A stretch of DNA of 64,000 bases from Candidatus Bathyarchaeia archaeon (GTDB lineage: Archaea > Thermoproteota > Bathyarchaeia > Bathyarchaeales > Bathycorpusculaceae), in assembly GCA_050010755.1 (NCBI GenBank), contig JBEKKK010000004.1, forward strand, positions 64,001 through 128,000, written 5' to 3'. The notes beneath the pieces are model-generated. The model ran no database searches, was not told the origin of the DNA, and saw only the letters and a program-made list of their open reading frames with translations. Positions 41,819 to 51,625 of this stretch are shown here, one piece after another (position 1 is the stretch's first letter; every line of letters begins with the position of its first letter). A program made the translations under genes and the position numbers.

Positions 41819-42299
41819 TTTTCCTTCTCCCTTCTCTTTATTTTTTTCTTAATTCCTTCTAAAAGCAATCTAAGAAACTCGTGATATAAAGCTTTACCCC
41901 CTACAGCGACAACGACAGCCACAACTCTCTCTGCAACTCAACCGAGAGGGCGCACTGAAAGAAAATATGGAAGAACATTCATGCGAGGCACCATGGATAA
42001 CACCAACGAACGTCGAGGTTTTTGCACGCAACAGAAAGAAAAATCAAGATAACCATAACCCTCTGAATGAACGCGCGTCGCCGTCATCGACAACTTGATC
42101 GCACGAGCCAAAGTCACAGTGTCACTCATGCAGGCAAAATGGCCCCCCACGATGAATGCACTCTTCCTCGCAGGTTCAGCAAACTTATCGCTGCAGTTGG
42201 AACCAATCATACGATAGAAAATCAGATAGGTGCTGTGCGCGAGCTTTTTCTCATTTCTGGTTGGAAAGTTGGATAGCTCTTTCGATGCTGAGCAAAGAG

Positions 42300-43103
42300 T
42301 CATCCTTGCTTAAGCGCGTGTTTTACGTATTGTTTTGATATTAACTTTGGAGTCAAACCTGTTTCCTCTCTTATCTTGGGCAGAATTTTGAGCCAAAGTT
42401 CTCTGGTTGCCCTGTGTCTACGGTCGAGGTCAGTCTTGGAAAGGTTCCTGATTGTCATGGCTTCGTGAACGAGCTTCTCGTAATCGGCGGGCAGCCATTT
42501 CAAAGCGTCGGAATAGAACATCTCCCATTTTGGGGGAGGAAGGAACTCCCTGTTCAGAGCGAATATTATTCTGATCAGAAGCGTCAAGGCATAGTTCAGA
42601 CAGTAATGAGCCGAAGTCAGATCTCCCCTTTCAACCCATGCGTCAACCAATGTTTCACCATCTTCCTTAGGCGAGCAACAATACCATCTAACGTATTCTC
42701 CATACACAACGATACGCCTCAGCCAAAAACTGTTCGGGACACTTAACTTCGTCCTCAAAAGTCTCTGCACTTCGCCTCCCCGGTCGTAGACTACACTTGC
42801 ATGTGAAAAATCCCATCTCATTATCTCACTCCAATTCCGAGCCACAAAGTCCCCGAGATAGTGAACTTCCAAATCCACGTCCACACCCGAACGACTATTC
42901 TCACCCAAACCAATCTTCCTAATCCTTTCTCCCAGGCTTTCGTCCTTTTTCCCCAGAAAAACCATAACGTCAACATCCGAATACCTGTCAGCGAAGCCTC
43001 TCGTCAACCCGCCCATGAACACTATCCCTGAAACGGCTTCGCATGAAAGAATCTTCCGCTTGAGCAGTTCCCCAATTTCCTTAAACTCTCCTATCCTGTT
43101 CAT
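42300..43103 (-). CDS. Nucleotidyltransferase-domain protein (DUF4037-like)
   Basis: GGLTRGFADRYSDVD; helical C-terminus with LNREFLPPPKW. Confidence 0.75.
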   Translation of the reverse strand: MNRIGEFKEIGELLKRKILSCEAVSGIVFMGGLTRGFADRYSDVDVMVFLGKKDESLGERIRKIGLGENSRSGVDVDLEVHYLGDFVARNWSEIMRWDFSHASVVYDRGGEVQRLLRTKLSVPNSFWLRRIVVYGEYVRWYCCSPKEDGETLVDAWVERGDLTSAHYCLNYALTLLIRIIFALNREFLPPPKWEMFYSDALKWLPADYEKLVHEAMTIRNLSKTDLDRRHRATRELWLKILPKIREETGLTPKLISKQYVKHALKQG

Positions 43104-43361
43104 CCCGCGCAATCTCTTCACATAATTCACCAACAGCCAGATATTTCCATTCAACGGATTGCTAGGATCTATATTAACGCAACGAAGCGAGCATTTCGTT
43201 ATAAAACCTTCTTGCAATGAGGCTCCGCGAGGGAAAACAATTGAGATTCAAGCATAGCCTCCAAAGATATGATGAAAGTAAATGTCCAATCCAAATCTGA
43301 ATCGATAATATGGAATGTGTTGCAGAAGCTTTATTTACGAAGAAACAACAACCCTTTTCTA

Positions 43362-43460
43362 GGGTTTGGGGGAGCTGGGACTGTGACCCGGCTGAGAGGA
43401 CGGTTGAACACCGTCGACCCTTGGAACCTGACCCAGACAATACTGGCGGAGGGAAGAACA
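43362..43460 (+). promoter_or_regulatory. TPP (thi-box) riboswitch
   Basis: GGGG-AGCTGGG...CCCGGCTGAGA...ACCCTTGGAACCTGA-CCCAG-ACAATA-CTGG-CGGAGGGAAG; upstream of thiT. Confidence 0.9.
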
Positions 43461-43577
43461 GTGAATAAACTTAACTACCTTGACAGACCAAGTCAAACAG
43501 CCTACGCGCGCCCTAGGAATACAAGGAATTCCGCAAGTAATTTTGGAAAAGGCGAGGCAAGAGGCAAAATCCGCGGA

Positions 43578-44147
43578 ATTGACTGGAAACCACAGACTAA
43601 GCCGACGATACAAACTGGAAAAAAGACTTTTCCAACCCTAGTCTTGGCAGAGATAGTAGTTTTTGTCTCTTTGGCGACAGCGTTGAGCCTTGTGAGCCAT
43701 AGCTTCTTCAGTCTTCCCCAAGGCGGATCCATAAACATTGGAATGATCCCTGTCTTCTGGCTAGCGCTAAGAAGGGGACCGAAAATAGGCATCTTCGCGG
43801 GAGCAGTGTTCGGCGTGGTAGATCTTGCGATCGAACCATTCGTCGTCAATCCTATTCAATTTATTTTAGATTATCCCTTAGCCTTCTCGGCGCTCGGACT
43901 TGCAGGCTTCTTCAAGAACTGGCGAGTGTTCGGGCCAGTGGTAGGCGTGGTAGTCGGAGGTACAGGTCGATTCTTGAGCCACTTTGTTTCAGGCATAGTG
44001 TACTTCGCATCTTATGCACCGCCAGGACAGAGCCCCGCGCTTTACTCGTTGATCTACAACGGAACCTACATGTTCCCAAGCATCGTCATATGCGCAATCG
44101 TGATTTTCTCATTGCAGGCGAGCAAATCTCTCGATATTCACCTGTGA
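43578..44147 (+). CDS. thiT: ECF transporter S component for thiamine (start uncertain)
   Basis: LPQGGSI, RRGPKIG, QFILDYPLAF, RFLSHFVSG, YSLIYNGTY. Confidence 0.85.
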   Translation: MDWKPQTKPTIQTGKKTFPTLVLAEIVVFVSLATALSLVSHSFFSLPQGGSINIGMIPVFWLALRRGPKIGIFAGAVFGVVDLAIEPFVVNPIQFILDYPLAFSALGLAGFFKNWRVFGPVVGVVVGGTGRFLSHFVSGIVYFASYAPPGQSPALYSLIYNGTYMFPSIVICAIVIFSLQASKSLDIHL

Positions 44148-44162
44148 CGGAACTAAATCAAA

Positions 44163-45161
44163 ATGGGAAAACTTACCAGCGAAGAACTCTCAAAACTTTT
44201 AGGATGCATAGACAGAGATCCCCGCGTAATCATTCCACCAAAAGTAGGCTACGACTCAGGGGTCCACTTGATTGGCGACAAATGTCTAGTAGTATCCACC
44301 GATCCCTGCATCAACGTTCCAAGAGACTGGTTCGGCTGGCTACTAGTAAATTACGCGGCTTCAGACGTAGCCTTGTTCGGAGCAAAACCAGAATTCTGCA
44401 CCATCAACCTCCTTGGCCCACCATCAACCAAGCCACAAACCTTTCAACGGATCATGGAACAAACCTGCCAAGCCGCCCACGACCTACATATAGCTATCGT
44501 GACCGGCCACACAGGAACATACCATGGACTTTCAACTTCCGTTGGAGTTTGCACAGCCTATGGAACTATCGACAGGGACAAACTCATAACACCTGGCGGC
44601 GCTAAGCCTGGAGATTACGTTTTCTGCCTAAAACCCTTAGGTCTAGAGGTCGCCGTCAACCTCGCCCTTACTCGCAAGACACTGGCAAAGAAGCTATTCG
44701 CTGAAAAGACGAAGGAACTGGAAAAACTTGTACCTATGCAGAGTTGCGCTCGAGAAGCTTTACTTCTCGCAGAAACGTGCGACGTTCACGCCATGCATGA
44801 TGTCACTGAAGGAGGCTTGACCGCAGCTTTGAACGAAATGGCTGAAGCTTCCAATGTCGGTTTCAAAATAGACTTTGAAAAGATTCCAATCAGCGACGAA
44901 GTGCAAAAATTGATGAGAGGTTTTCATTTGTCAGAAAAGCAGCTCTTGTCGATGTCATCTACTGGAACAATTTTGGCTGCCGTCGGTCCGAATGGAAGAG
45001 AAAAAGTCGAATCAGCGATGTGTCAAAGCAATGTTCAAGCAAACGTCCTAGGCATTTTCAGAGAGGACTCGCGCCGAATTCTGACAAGAAACCGCAAAGA
45101 GACCTCCTTCCCAAAAGTTGCGCACGATCCTTACGCGATGATTCTCTCGGGAAAACTGTAG
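44163..45161 (+). CDS. AIR synthase-family (ThiL/HypE/PurM-like) protein
   Basis: VSTDP, AASD, TGHT, MHDVTEGG. Confidence 0.85.
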   Translation: MGKLTSEELSKLLGCIDRDPRVIIPPKVGYDSGVHLIGDKCLVVSTDPCINVPRDWFGWLLVNYAASDVALFGAKPEFCTINLLGPPSTKPQTFQRIMEQTCQAAHDLHIAIVTGHTGTYHGLSTSVGVCTAYGTIDRDKLITPGGAKPGDYVFCLKPLGLEVAVNLALTRKTLAKKLFAEKTKELEKLVPMQSCAREALLLAETCDVHAMHDVTEGGLTAALNEMAEASNVGFKIDFEKIPISDEVQKLMRGFHLSEKQLLSMSSTGTILAAVGPNGREKVESAMCQSNVQANVLGIFREDSRRILTRNRKETSFPKVAHDPYAMILSGKL

Positions 45162-45925
45162 ACGTTCATCCTTCTACCTCGAACAAACCCAACTAGAGTA
45201 AGCCCCGCATCTTTGGCAATGGCAATGCCGGAGTCTATGGCAGCAGCAAGCGAAGCCACTATCGGCAGACCAGTTTTCGCAGCCTTGAGAACAATATCGC
45301 TGGTCAACCGCCCACTCAAAGCAAGAAAGCAATTGCGAACGTCAATTTCCTTCATGATGCATGAACCAATCACTTTGTCAACAGCGTTGTGGCGACCAAC
45401 ATCCTCAGCGAATGTGACGAGCGTTCCATCGGTCGCATATATTGCGGCAACGTGCACACCTCCGGTCTTCCTGAAAGTCTCTGCAATGAAGTTTAGACGG
45501 TTGACGCAATTCGACACTGTTTCGGCTTTGACCTTCACGTCTGACTGTATCTTGCTGAGCCCCAAGCTTGGTTGATAGGGTGTGTTGCTTCCGCAGGCTG
45601 AGAAGATGACGCGGGAGAAATGCTGCGACAGTTTCAGGCGCTCGTCAATCTTGACATCAGCTCGCAGGTTGATCCTGCAAACTCCTTCCTTTTCCTTCAG
45701 GTCCACTCCCTCAATCTCGGCCATTGACTTCACTACTCCTTCAGAAATAACATGCCCAACTGCCAGCTCCTTCAAGTTTGATGGCGAACAGAAAACTGTG
45801 ACGTACCGAGTCCTGTTCAGAAATATGTGCAAGGGCTTTTCTTCAGCCACGTAATCCGTCGTCTTCTCAGCCTTTTTGGGCGATACGTCAATTCTTACGA
45901 TGTTTACCTTGGGCATGGGAGTCAC
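45131..45925 (-). CDS. fdhD: Formate dehydrogenase accessory sulfurtransferase
   Basis: TGGVH, EDVGRHNAVDKVIG, SGR, GFVRG. Confidence 0.93.
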   Translation of the reverse strand: MTPMPKVNIVRIDVSPKKAEKTTDYVAEEKPLHIFLNRTRYVTVFCSPSNLKELAVGHVISEGVVKSMAEIEGVDLKEKEGVCRINLRADVKIDERLKLSQHFSRVIFSACGSNTPYQPSLGLSKIQSDVKVKAETVSNCVNRLNFIAETFRKTGGVHVAAIYATDGTLVTFAEDVGRHNAVDKVIGSCIMKEIDVRNCFLALSGRLTSDIVLKAAKTGLPIVASLAAAIDSGIAIAKDAGLTLVGFVRGRRMNVYSFPERIIA

Positions 45926-46800
45926 TTCTTTAGCTCGGAGAACACGAAATCCAGAATCTCATCGGCTATCTTGACGCGAGTGACTGTTTGCAAGCCTCTC
46001 CATCCGGGTTGACTGTTAACTTCGACAACGATCGGTCCTTTTGGGCTTTCGAGTATGTCAACTCCAGCTATCTTGCAGTCGATAAGCTCAGCTGATTTAA
46101 TGGCTATTTCTTCAACCTGTTTCTCCAGGCTTATCGCTACAGGGCGGGCCCCCTGGCTGTAGTTGGTTTTCCAATCCTGCGCAACCCGCCTCATAGCAGC
46201 CACGACCCTATTGCCCACCACGAAGGCTCGCAAGTCAGAGAAGCCATGGTGCACAAATTCTTGAAGGTAAATCACCCCATGAGAGAACCTAATCGCCGTA
46301 AAAACCGTCGAAGCGACTTCACGATCGTTGATTCTCGTGGCTCCAACTCCCCTAGAGCCGAACACGGGCTTGACAACCACATCTCCTCCCAGCTCATCAA
46401 AAGCCTCGAGCGCTTCCTCGATATTTTCAGTCACAGCTGTCCGCGGAACGGGCAGACCGTTCTCCTCCAAGATGGCAAGGATGTCGTACTTGTCAACACA
46501 GTGCTCGATGGCCTCTGCGGGATTTATCACGTACAAGCCTAAACGTTGAAGCCTGTACAAGACGTCCATCCTGAAAACCAACTCCTCGAGCGACCCCTTA
46601 CCAATCGGACGGACGATCAAACAGTCCAGCTCTTCACTGAGTTTCAGGTTTCCAGACTCCACGAACGGCATACACCCCACGTGAGCCATTATACTAGGGA
46701 AACTGAAACAAACGTACGGAGTGCCACGCTTGTCCAAAGCTTCCCGCAACTGGGCAGAACTGTAAGAATTTGGGTTCCTCGTCGCGATTCCAACCTTCAA
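45922..46800 (-). CDS. RimK-family ATP-grasp ligase (possible H4MPT/F420 glutamate ligase)
   Basis: KPVFGSRGVG, WKTNYSQG, EVNSQPGW; C1-gene context. Confidence 0.85.
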   Translation of the reverse strand: MKVGIATRNPNSYSSAQLREALDKRGTPYVCFSFPSIMAHVGCMPFVESGNLKLSEELDCLIVRPIGKGSLEELVFRMDVLYRLQRLGLYVINPAEAIEHCVDKYDILAILEENGLPVPRTAVTENIEEALEAFDELGGDVVVKPVFGSRGVGATRINDREVASTVFTAIRFSHGVIYLQEFVHHGFSDLRAFVVGNRVVAAMRRVAQDWKTNYSQGARPVAISLEKQVEEIAIKSAELIDCKIAGVDILESPKGPIVVEVNSQPGWRGLQTVTRVKIADEILDFVFSELKK

Positions 46801-46873
46801 AAACGATCCCTCCGTGGGCTAAGTCTTTGAAAGATGCCACTTGGCTGTCTTAAAGTTTCCGCGCGAATAAACC

Positions 46874-47803
46874 TTAGAATTTGTGAATGTAAGGGATCAA
46901 CTCATTGGCGTTGTCGAACTCTTTGTCGAGTTTCACGTCCAAGTAGGCCCCGAAGGCGTTGAAGTATGGCGGACCTTTTCGCGAAAACAGGGTCAAAACC
47001 TTGCCGTCGTGGTTGATCTTGAAGCCATCCTCGCAGGGTTCATGCCCCCTTATCAGAATCTTCGCGTTCAACTTCGCCAGCACCCTGTCTGTCACATTCT
47101 CGCCGAATAGGTTTCCTGCACCTCTGGACGATGCACTTGTTTCCTCAACTAAATCGTCAGGATCGCTCCATAGAATCTCCTCTAACAAAGAGCGCTTGGG
47201 ATGCAAAGTGTGGGCAGAAGCCATGTCCTCAACCGTCCTCGCTTCTTTCGGCAACCCGCCGTGTACCATTAAATATCGTTCTTCAACTAGCACCGCGTTG
47301 TATAAGCTTTCAAACAATGCACGAACTGCGGTGTACGCCTCGGTCCATTTCTTTCCAAATCTTGCTTGAAACTGGTCTGGCAAATCGTGTGGGGACGGCA
47401 TGAGATCTTCTGGGCCTTCATGGTTGCCCCGCATCAGGATAACCTGGTTTGGATGGAGCAGTTTCACCTTTAAAACTGTATAGTAGGTTTCCGCTGGGTA
47501 TGCTCCTCGGTCGCCGTAGTCGCCCAGAAATATAAGGATGGATTCGGATGATTTGTCGATTCTTTCGAGAATGTTGCTGTGCTGCAGGATATCTATGAGG
47601 CTCTCGAGATCTCCATGCAGGTCGCCGACGACGAGGGCCTCGCCTTTCGGGTCAACCTCTATGAGTCTGCCTTTGACGCGAAGGTTTCCCACTCTTCCGT
47701 CTTCTTTTTTAAGCAGTTCAGTAGCCTGTTCGACTGTCTGGGTGAATTCTGAGGCGTCAATTTCCAGAGCTTCTTTAACGATTTGTGAAAGGACAGTTGG
47801 CAA
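46874..47803 (-). CDS. PPP-family Ser/Thr protein phosphatase
   Basis: GDLHG, GDYGDRG, RGNHE, HGG, WSDP, RGAG, IRGHE. Confidence 0.93.
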   Translation of the reverse strand: MPTVLSQIVKEALEIDASEFTQTVEQATELLKKEDGRVGNLRVKGRLIEVDPKGEALVVGDLHGDLESLIDILQHSNILERIDKSSESILIFLGDYGDRGAYPAETYYTVLKVKLLHPNQVILMRGNHEGPEDLMPSPHDLPDQFQARFGKKWTEAYTAVRALFESLYNAVLVEERYLMVHGGLPKEARTVEDMASAHTLHPKRSLLEEILWSDPDDLVEETSASSRGAGNLFGENVTDRVLAKLNAKILIRGHEPCEDGFKINHDGKVLTLFSRKGPPYFNAFGAYLDVKLDKEFDNANELIPYIHKF

Positions 47804-47816
47804 GAATTATCTCAGC

Positions 47817-49076
47817 TTATTCGATTTTGACGGTTTTGTTCAAAGAGCTGAGGATGTTCTTCCCTATCTCGGACTTGTGATAGCGGATCTTCTCTAACGT
47901 CTCCTCTTGTGCTATTTTGACTGAGGCTTCTTCTGTCTCCACTACGGCTCGTTTTCTTGTCAGCTCTTCGACGTGGGCTTGGATTTTTGAAAGGTTTTGC
48001 TGCATAGCGGTTACTTCTTCCGACGTTGAAAGTTCAGTCTTGCGGGTCATTGCGTCCCTGCTCTTCTGGTGGAGATATGCCAGAATGTTTCTGTTCACGA
48101 TACTGTCTATGGTCTGTTCCGCCTTTCGTATTTTCTCTGGTTTCAGTTTCAGTTTCCCCTCGGAGATGGAACGGTCCAGCTTCATGAGTATCTGTCTCAG
48201 TAACGGGTGCCCTGGAGCTTCGGTAGAAAATGCCTCGAACGGGTTTTCCACGTACTGGTAGAGTTTGCTGAGTTCTTCTGGGTTCAAACCACTCCCTGTT
48301 CCATGCGTTGCGAGCGATTGAAGTTTTATGAATGGTTTTTGAAGGTGCTGTAAGCTGTGCTTCACTTCCATGCTCAAGGAATCTATTTCTGTTCCTGTTT
48401 GATGCAGCTGGCCGATACTTCCCCGGCTTCTCAGTTCAGCCATTTTCTGCTTTGCTTCATCTATTTCCTTTTCGATGCGTTCCCTATCGTTTCCAGTTTT
48501 CGCCATACGTTCTCCGAGACCTGTTAGCTGTTGTTCCAGTTCAACCAGTTTATCGATGAGCTGAAAAGTCTCTTCAAGAGTCTTGGTCTTGACGTATTCT
48601 TTCGTCAGGAAATTCTGAAGATCTCTCAGAGATTCTTTTGCCCTGTCAAAAATGGCTTGGAATCTTCGCCTGTCAAGAATGAAGAACGGCGAGATTCTCG
48701 GGAACCAATTTCTAATATCGACATCGATAACGTTGAAGACTTTTTGCAGTTCTTGAATGAAGTCGCTGAAGCTGTCGTATGAAACCTTTTCCGGAACTTT
48801 GAGTTGTCGCATTCGTTCAGAGAAAAGTTTGCCCAACCTGTTCAGCGCTCTGGCCCTCCGATAGGTCTTCATGTTCCTTTTTTCAATCTCTCTAGCGCTG
48901 TTATCCATAAGCATCTTGGAAACTTCAGAAAGACTCTCCAGCGTCCGGCGCATCTCGTCGATCAGTTTCTGAGCTCTAGCGTGAACAGGAATGAAGACAG
49001 ATCCCGTTTCTTTCTCAAGCCATCCTTTGATGTCCCTTGAGGAAAACTTCAGCGTCTCCGACAAAGACTTTCCCAT
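47817..49076 (-). CDS. Long alpha-helical/coiled-coil hypothetical protein
   Basis: Charged heptad-rich ORF of about 419 aa; no catalytic motif recognised. Confidence 0.75.
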   Translation of the reverse strand: MGKSLSETLKFSSRDIKGWLEKETGSVFIPVHARAQKLIDEMRRTLESLSEVSKMLMDNSAREIEKRNMKTYRRARALNRLGKLFSERMRQLKVPEKVSYDSFSDFIQELQKVFNVIDVDIRNWFPRISPFFILDRRRFQAIFDRAKESLRDLQNFLTKEYVKTKTLEETFQLIDKLVELEQQLTGLGERMAKTGNDRERIEKEIDEAKQKMAELRSRGSIGQLHQTGTEIDSLSMEVKHSLQHLQKPFIKLQSLATHGTGSGLNPEELSKLYQYVENPFEAFSTEAPGHPLLRQILMKLDRSISEGKLKLKPEKIRKAEQTIDSIVNRNILAYLHQKSRDAMTRKTELSTSEEVTAMQQNLSKIQAHVEELTRKRAVVETEEASVKIAQEETLEKIRYHKSEIGKNILSSLNKTVKIE

Positions 49077-49199
49077 TACCAAAATATGCACACGCATATT
49101 AATCTAATCTTTCAAACTCGTCTTCTAATCGTACCCTTTTCTGGGTAGTTACTCTTAAATAATCACTTGCAACATTGGCTTTGCCAAGAAGCGAAAGAC

Positions 49200-49757
49200 A
49201 TGAACACAAGAGACCTGGCAGCCATAGCAATCTTCAGCGCGCTTGCTATCGTTCTTAACTTTACGATTAGAATCCCCGACCCCCTTGCGACGTTTCTCGT
49301 TTATCAGATATGGGAAATACCCATATTGGTAGCTTTTTTTCTATTCGGATTAACGGTGTTGTTTTTTGTAACTGGCATAAACCTCGTTATTCTTTTCTTG
49401 TTCTTTCAGGGGGCTTCTATACTGGGTCCGGTATACTGGCTCGCGGCCTGGCTGAGCATGATGGCCGGCATAGGACTCATCAAGTTATTGCTGGATAGAT
49501 TTGCTGTGAAGAACGTCGCTGTTACAGCTGCCCTTTACGCTGCATTCGGAGTTGCCTTTAGAACTGCAGTTATGGTTCTTGTCAATTATTCGGTCCTTCG
49601 CTTTCCGCCGCCATTGGGTTTCAGCTATCCTGAGCCGGTTATCCTAGGCCTCGTTCCGGTACTAGCGTTTTTCAATGCAACGTTGGCTCTGTACACTATT
49701 CCAATTAGCTATTCACTCGCACGATTTGTAGCCCGAAACATCAGGACATCTATATAG
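49200..49757 (+). CDS. ECF transporter S component (substrate unknown)
   Basis: TRDLAAIAIFSALA, FLVYQIWEIP; about six TM segments. Confidence 0.75.
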   Translation: MNTRDLAAIAIFSALAIVLNFTIRIPDPLATFLVYQIWEIPILVAFFLFGLTVLFFVTGINLVILFLFFQGASILGPVYWLAAWLSMMAGIGLIKLLLDRFAVKNVAVTAALYAAFGVAFRTAVMVLVNYSVLRFPPPLGFSYPEPVILGLVPVLAFFNATLALYTIPISYSLARFVARNIRTSI

Positions 49758-49821
49758 ATAGCTTCTGGCATCCATTGTTTAGAGAGGTAACAGAAGCCAA
49801 GTCTGTTGACCATTGGCAGTT

Positions 49822-50787
49822 TCATTTAATATCGAAGGATCTTCTCAGTGCGTCGGGGTTTATTTTGCCTACCTGAAAGGTGTTTCCTGTTCTTGCGTTG
49901 TTAATAGCCACAACTGCTGGGGCAAAGAGGTCTGGGTCAATTTTGTAAAAGTCGTACTTTGCTTCTTTGAATATTTCTATGAAGGGTCTCCCGTAGGCTT
50001 CGGACGCCGTGGACGGAGCTTTTTTCGCAATATCCATCAGTTTTTCGTCGTCCTCATGCTCAACGATGTAATAGGCAGTTCCGCCGTAGAGGATAGCGTC
50101 ATTAGTCCTCGCCATTGCCCTCACGAACTTCGGATGAATAGGGGAAATTGGCGCACACCCTGAAGCATAAATAATCACATTCGGATCTAATCCGAGCCTT
50201 CGGAGTTTGTGGATCCCTGTTTCGATTATCCTGCCTGAAACTTGAGTCGCTCCAGCCAGACTGGCTGTCGGGGTCAAGACGATTGCCAGATTTTGAGGTG
50301 GGATTTTGCAGTCTCGCGCGAAACCATCTACAACATTCGCTGGCGGACTCTTTTCAGCTTCAAGCACTATGATTCCTTTGTTGAAATTGTCCTCGTATCC
50401 GATTTCTCCGTAGATGTCCTTCGGCTTCTGTGCCAGTGCTCTTGCCGGTCCCGAGCCTATTGCGAAATACCCATCTTTGTTTATTTGCCATCCAGCATAC
50501 TGTGAGCCTAGTGTTGCAATGACTGGATGGTCTGAATATATTTGTATTGAGGGTAGGTCTAGGTCTCCGTACTTTTGGTGAGTTATTGCGGCTTTTGCGC
50601 AACCTCCCATGCAGATCTCGGTTATGATTCTTCCCGCCTCAAACCCGCCGCGGGCATTCGCTCCTGCGTCGATTATAGTGGTTCCCGAATCCGTTTCTCC
50701 GATTTTGATTCCGTAGACTTCTGCGTGTTCAACGAGTTCGTCCAACAGCTTCCATGCCTGTTGATTTACGCTCAACGTTTTCTTCAT
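49822..50787 (-). CDS. mch: Methenyl-H4MPT cyclohydrolase
   Basis: LSVN, EICMGG, SQYAGW, GSGPARALA, TNDAILYGG, DFYKIDPDLFAPA. Confidence 0.96.
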   Translation of the reverse strand: MKKTLSVNQQAWKLLDELVEHAEVYGIKIGETDSGTTIIDAGANARGGFEAGRIITEICMGGCAKAAITHQKYGDLDLPSIQIYSDHPVIATLGSQYAGWQINKDGYFAIGSGPARALAQKPKDIYGEIGYEDNFNKGIIVLEAEKSPPANVVDGFARDCKIPPQNLAIVLTPTASLAGATQVSGRIIETGIHKLRRLGLDPNVIIYASGCAPISPIHPKFVRAMARTNDAILYGGTAYYIVEHEDDEKLMDIAKKAPSTASEAYGRPFIEIFKEAKYDFYKIDPDLFAPAVVAINNARTGNTFQVGKINPDALRRSFDIK

Positions 50788-50800
50788 CGGGTTTTCTCCT

Positions 50801-51625
50801 TTAGAGGAATTTCTCGTAAGAGTTTAGATGTGGATTTTTCTGTTTGGAGACATAAAGCTTGCCGTTTCCGTTTTCCACGCGGTCTCCGAGAAAGACGTAG
50901 AGGGGTCCTTCGGCCACTTCGTTTTCTTCAATTTTTACTTTCGGTCTGATGCCGTCTATGGTGAATGAGGGGAGTACAGACTCCAGGTGCCCTCCTACTA
51001 TGATTTTGCCGTCTACCATGCATGCTCCTGTCCTTCCTTCACAGTTTCCTTGAACGTAGATTGTTCCGTCATGCATGCGGAAGCCAGCGAATTGGCCTGC
51101 ATTGCCATAGATTTTGATGATGCCCTTCTTCATATTCGCTCCCACCTCGGTTCCAGCGTTTCCCCGAATGATTATTCTTCCCCCGTGCATGCCCTCTGTG
51201 CTTCCCCGGTAAGGGGCGCCCAAGTAGTCGCCTGCGCTTCCTTGAATTTCGATCGTGCCCCCCTTCATCATCGAACCCGCCCATGCTCCGGCGTTTCCGT
51301 GAACGGTAATGCTGCCGCTCTTCATCTCTTCGCCGAGGTGCATTCCTGCGTCGCCGTTGATTGTTATCTCTCCGTTCTTCATTCCTAACCCGATTCTTCG
51401 AACCTGGCTGACGTCTCCGTAAACGGATATGGCTGGGATGTCAGGGCTGTTTTCTGTTTTGACTTCGTCAATCTTGAAGAGTTCACAGAGTTTTTTCTGT
51501 TTGTTGCCTTCCCAAACTTGCAAAGCTTCGATTTCGCTCAAAGTCTTTCCTGAGAAAACATCCGGGTTTATGCACTCGGCTTGGACTGGAAACCTGAAAT
51601 CCTTCAGAGGGCGCAGGTTTATCAT
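50801..51625 (-). CDS. fwdC: Formylmethanofuran dehydrogenase subunit C
   Basis: GXGXG beta-helix repeats, GAPYRG. Confidence 0.95.
   Translation of the reverse strand: MINLRPLKDFRFPVQAECINPDVFSGKTLSEIEALQVWEGNKQKKLCELFKIDEVKTENSPDIPAISVYGDVSQVRRIGLGMKNGEITINGDAGMHLGEEMKSGSITVHGNAGAWAGSMMKGGTIEIQGSAGDYLGAPYRGSTEGMHGGRIIIRGNAGTEVGANMKKGIIKIYGNAGQFAGFRMHDGTIYVQGNCEGRTGACMVDGKIIVGGHLESVLPSFTIDGIRPKVKIEENEVAEGPLYVFLGDRVENGNGKLYVSKQKNPHLNSYEKFL

Noticed and set aside
41819-42299. ORFs 41938..42303 and 42067..42276 in a long spacer
   Set aside because: No SD, motif or convincing structure recognised
43269-43577. About 100-aa N-terminal extension of ThiT in the ORF track
   Set aside because: It runs through the promoter region and TPP aptamer and has no ThiT-like character; probably untranslated
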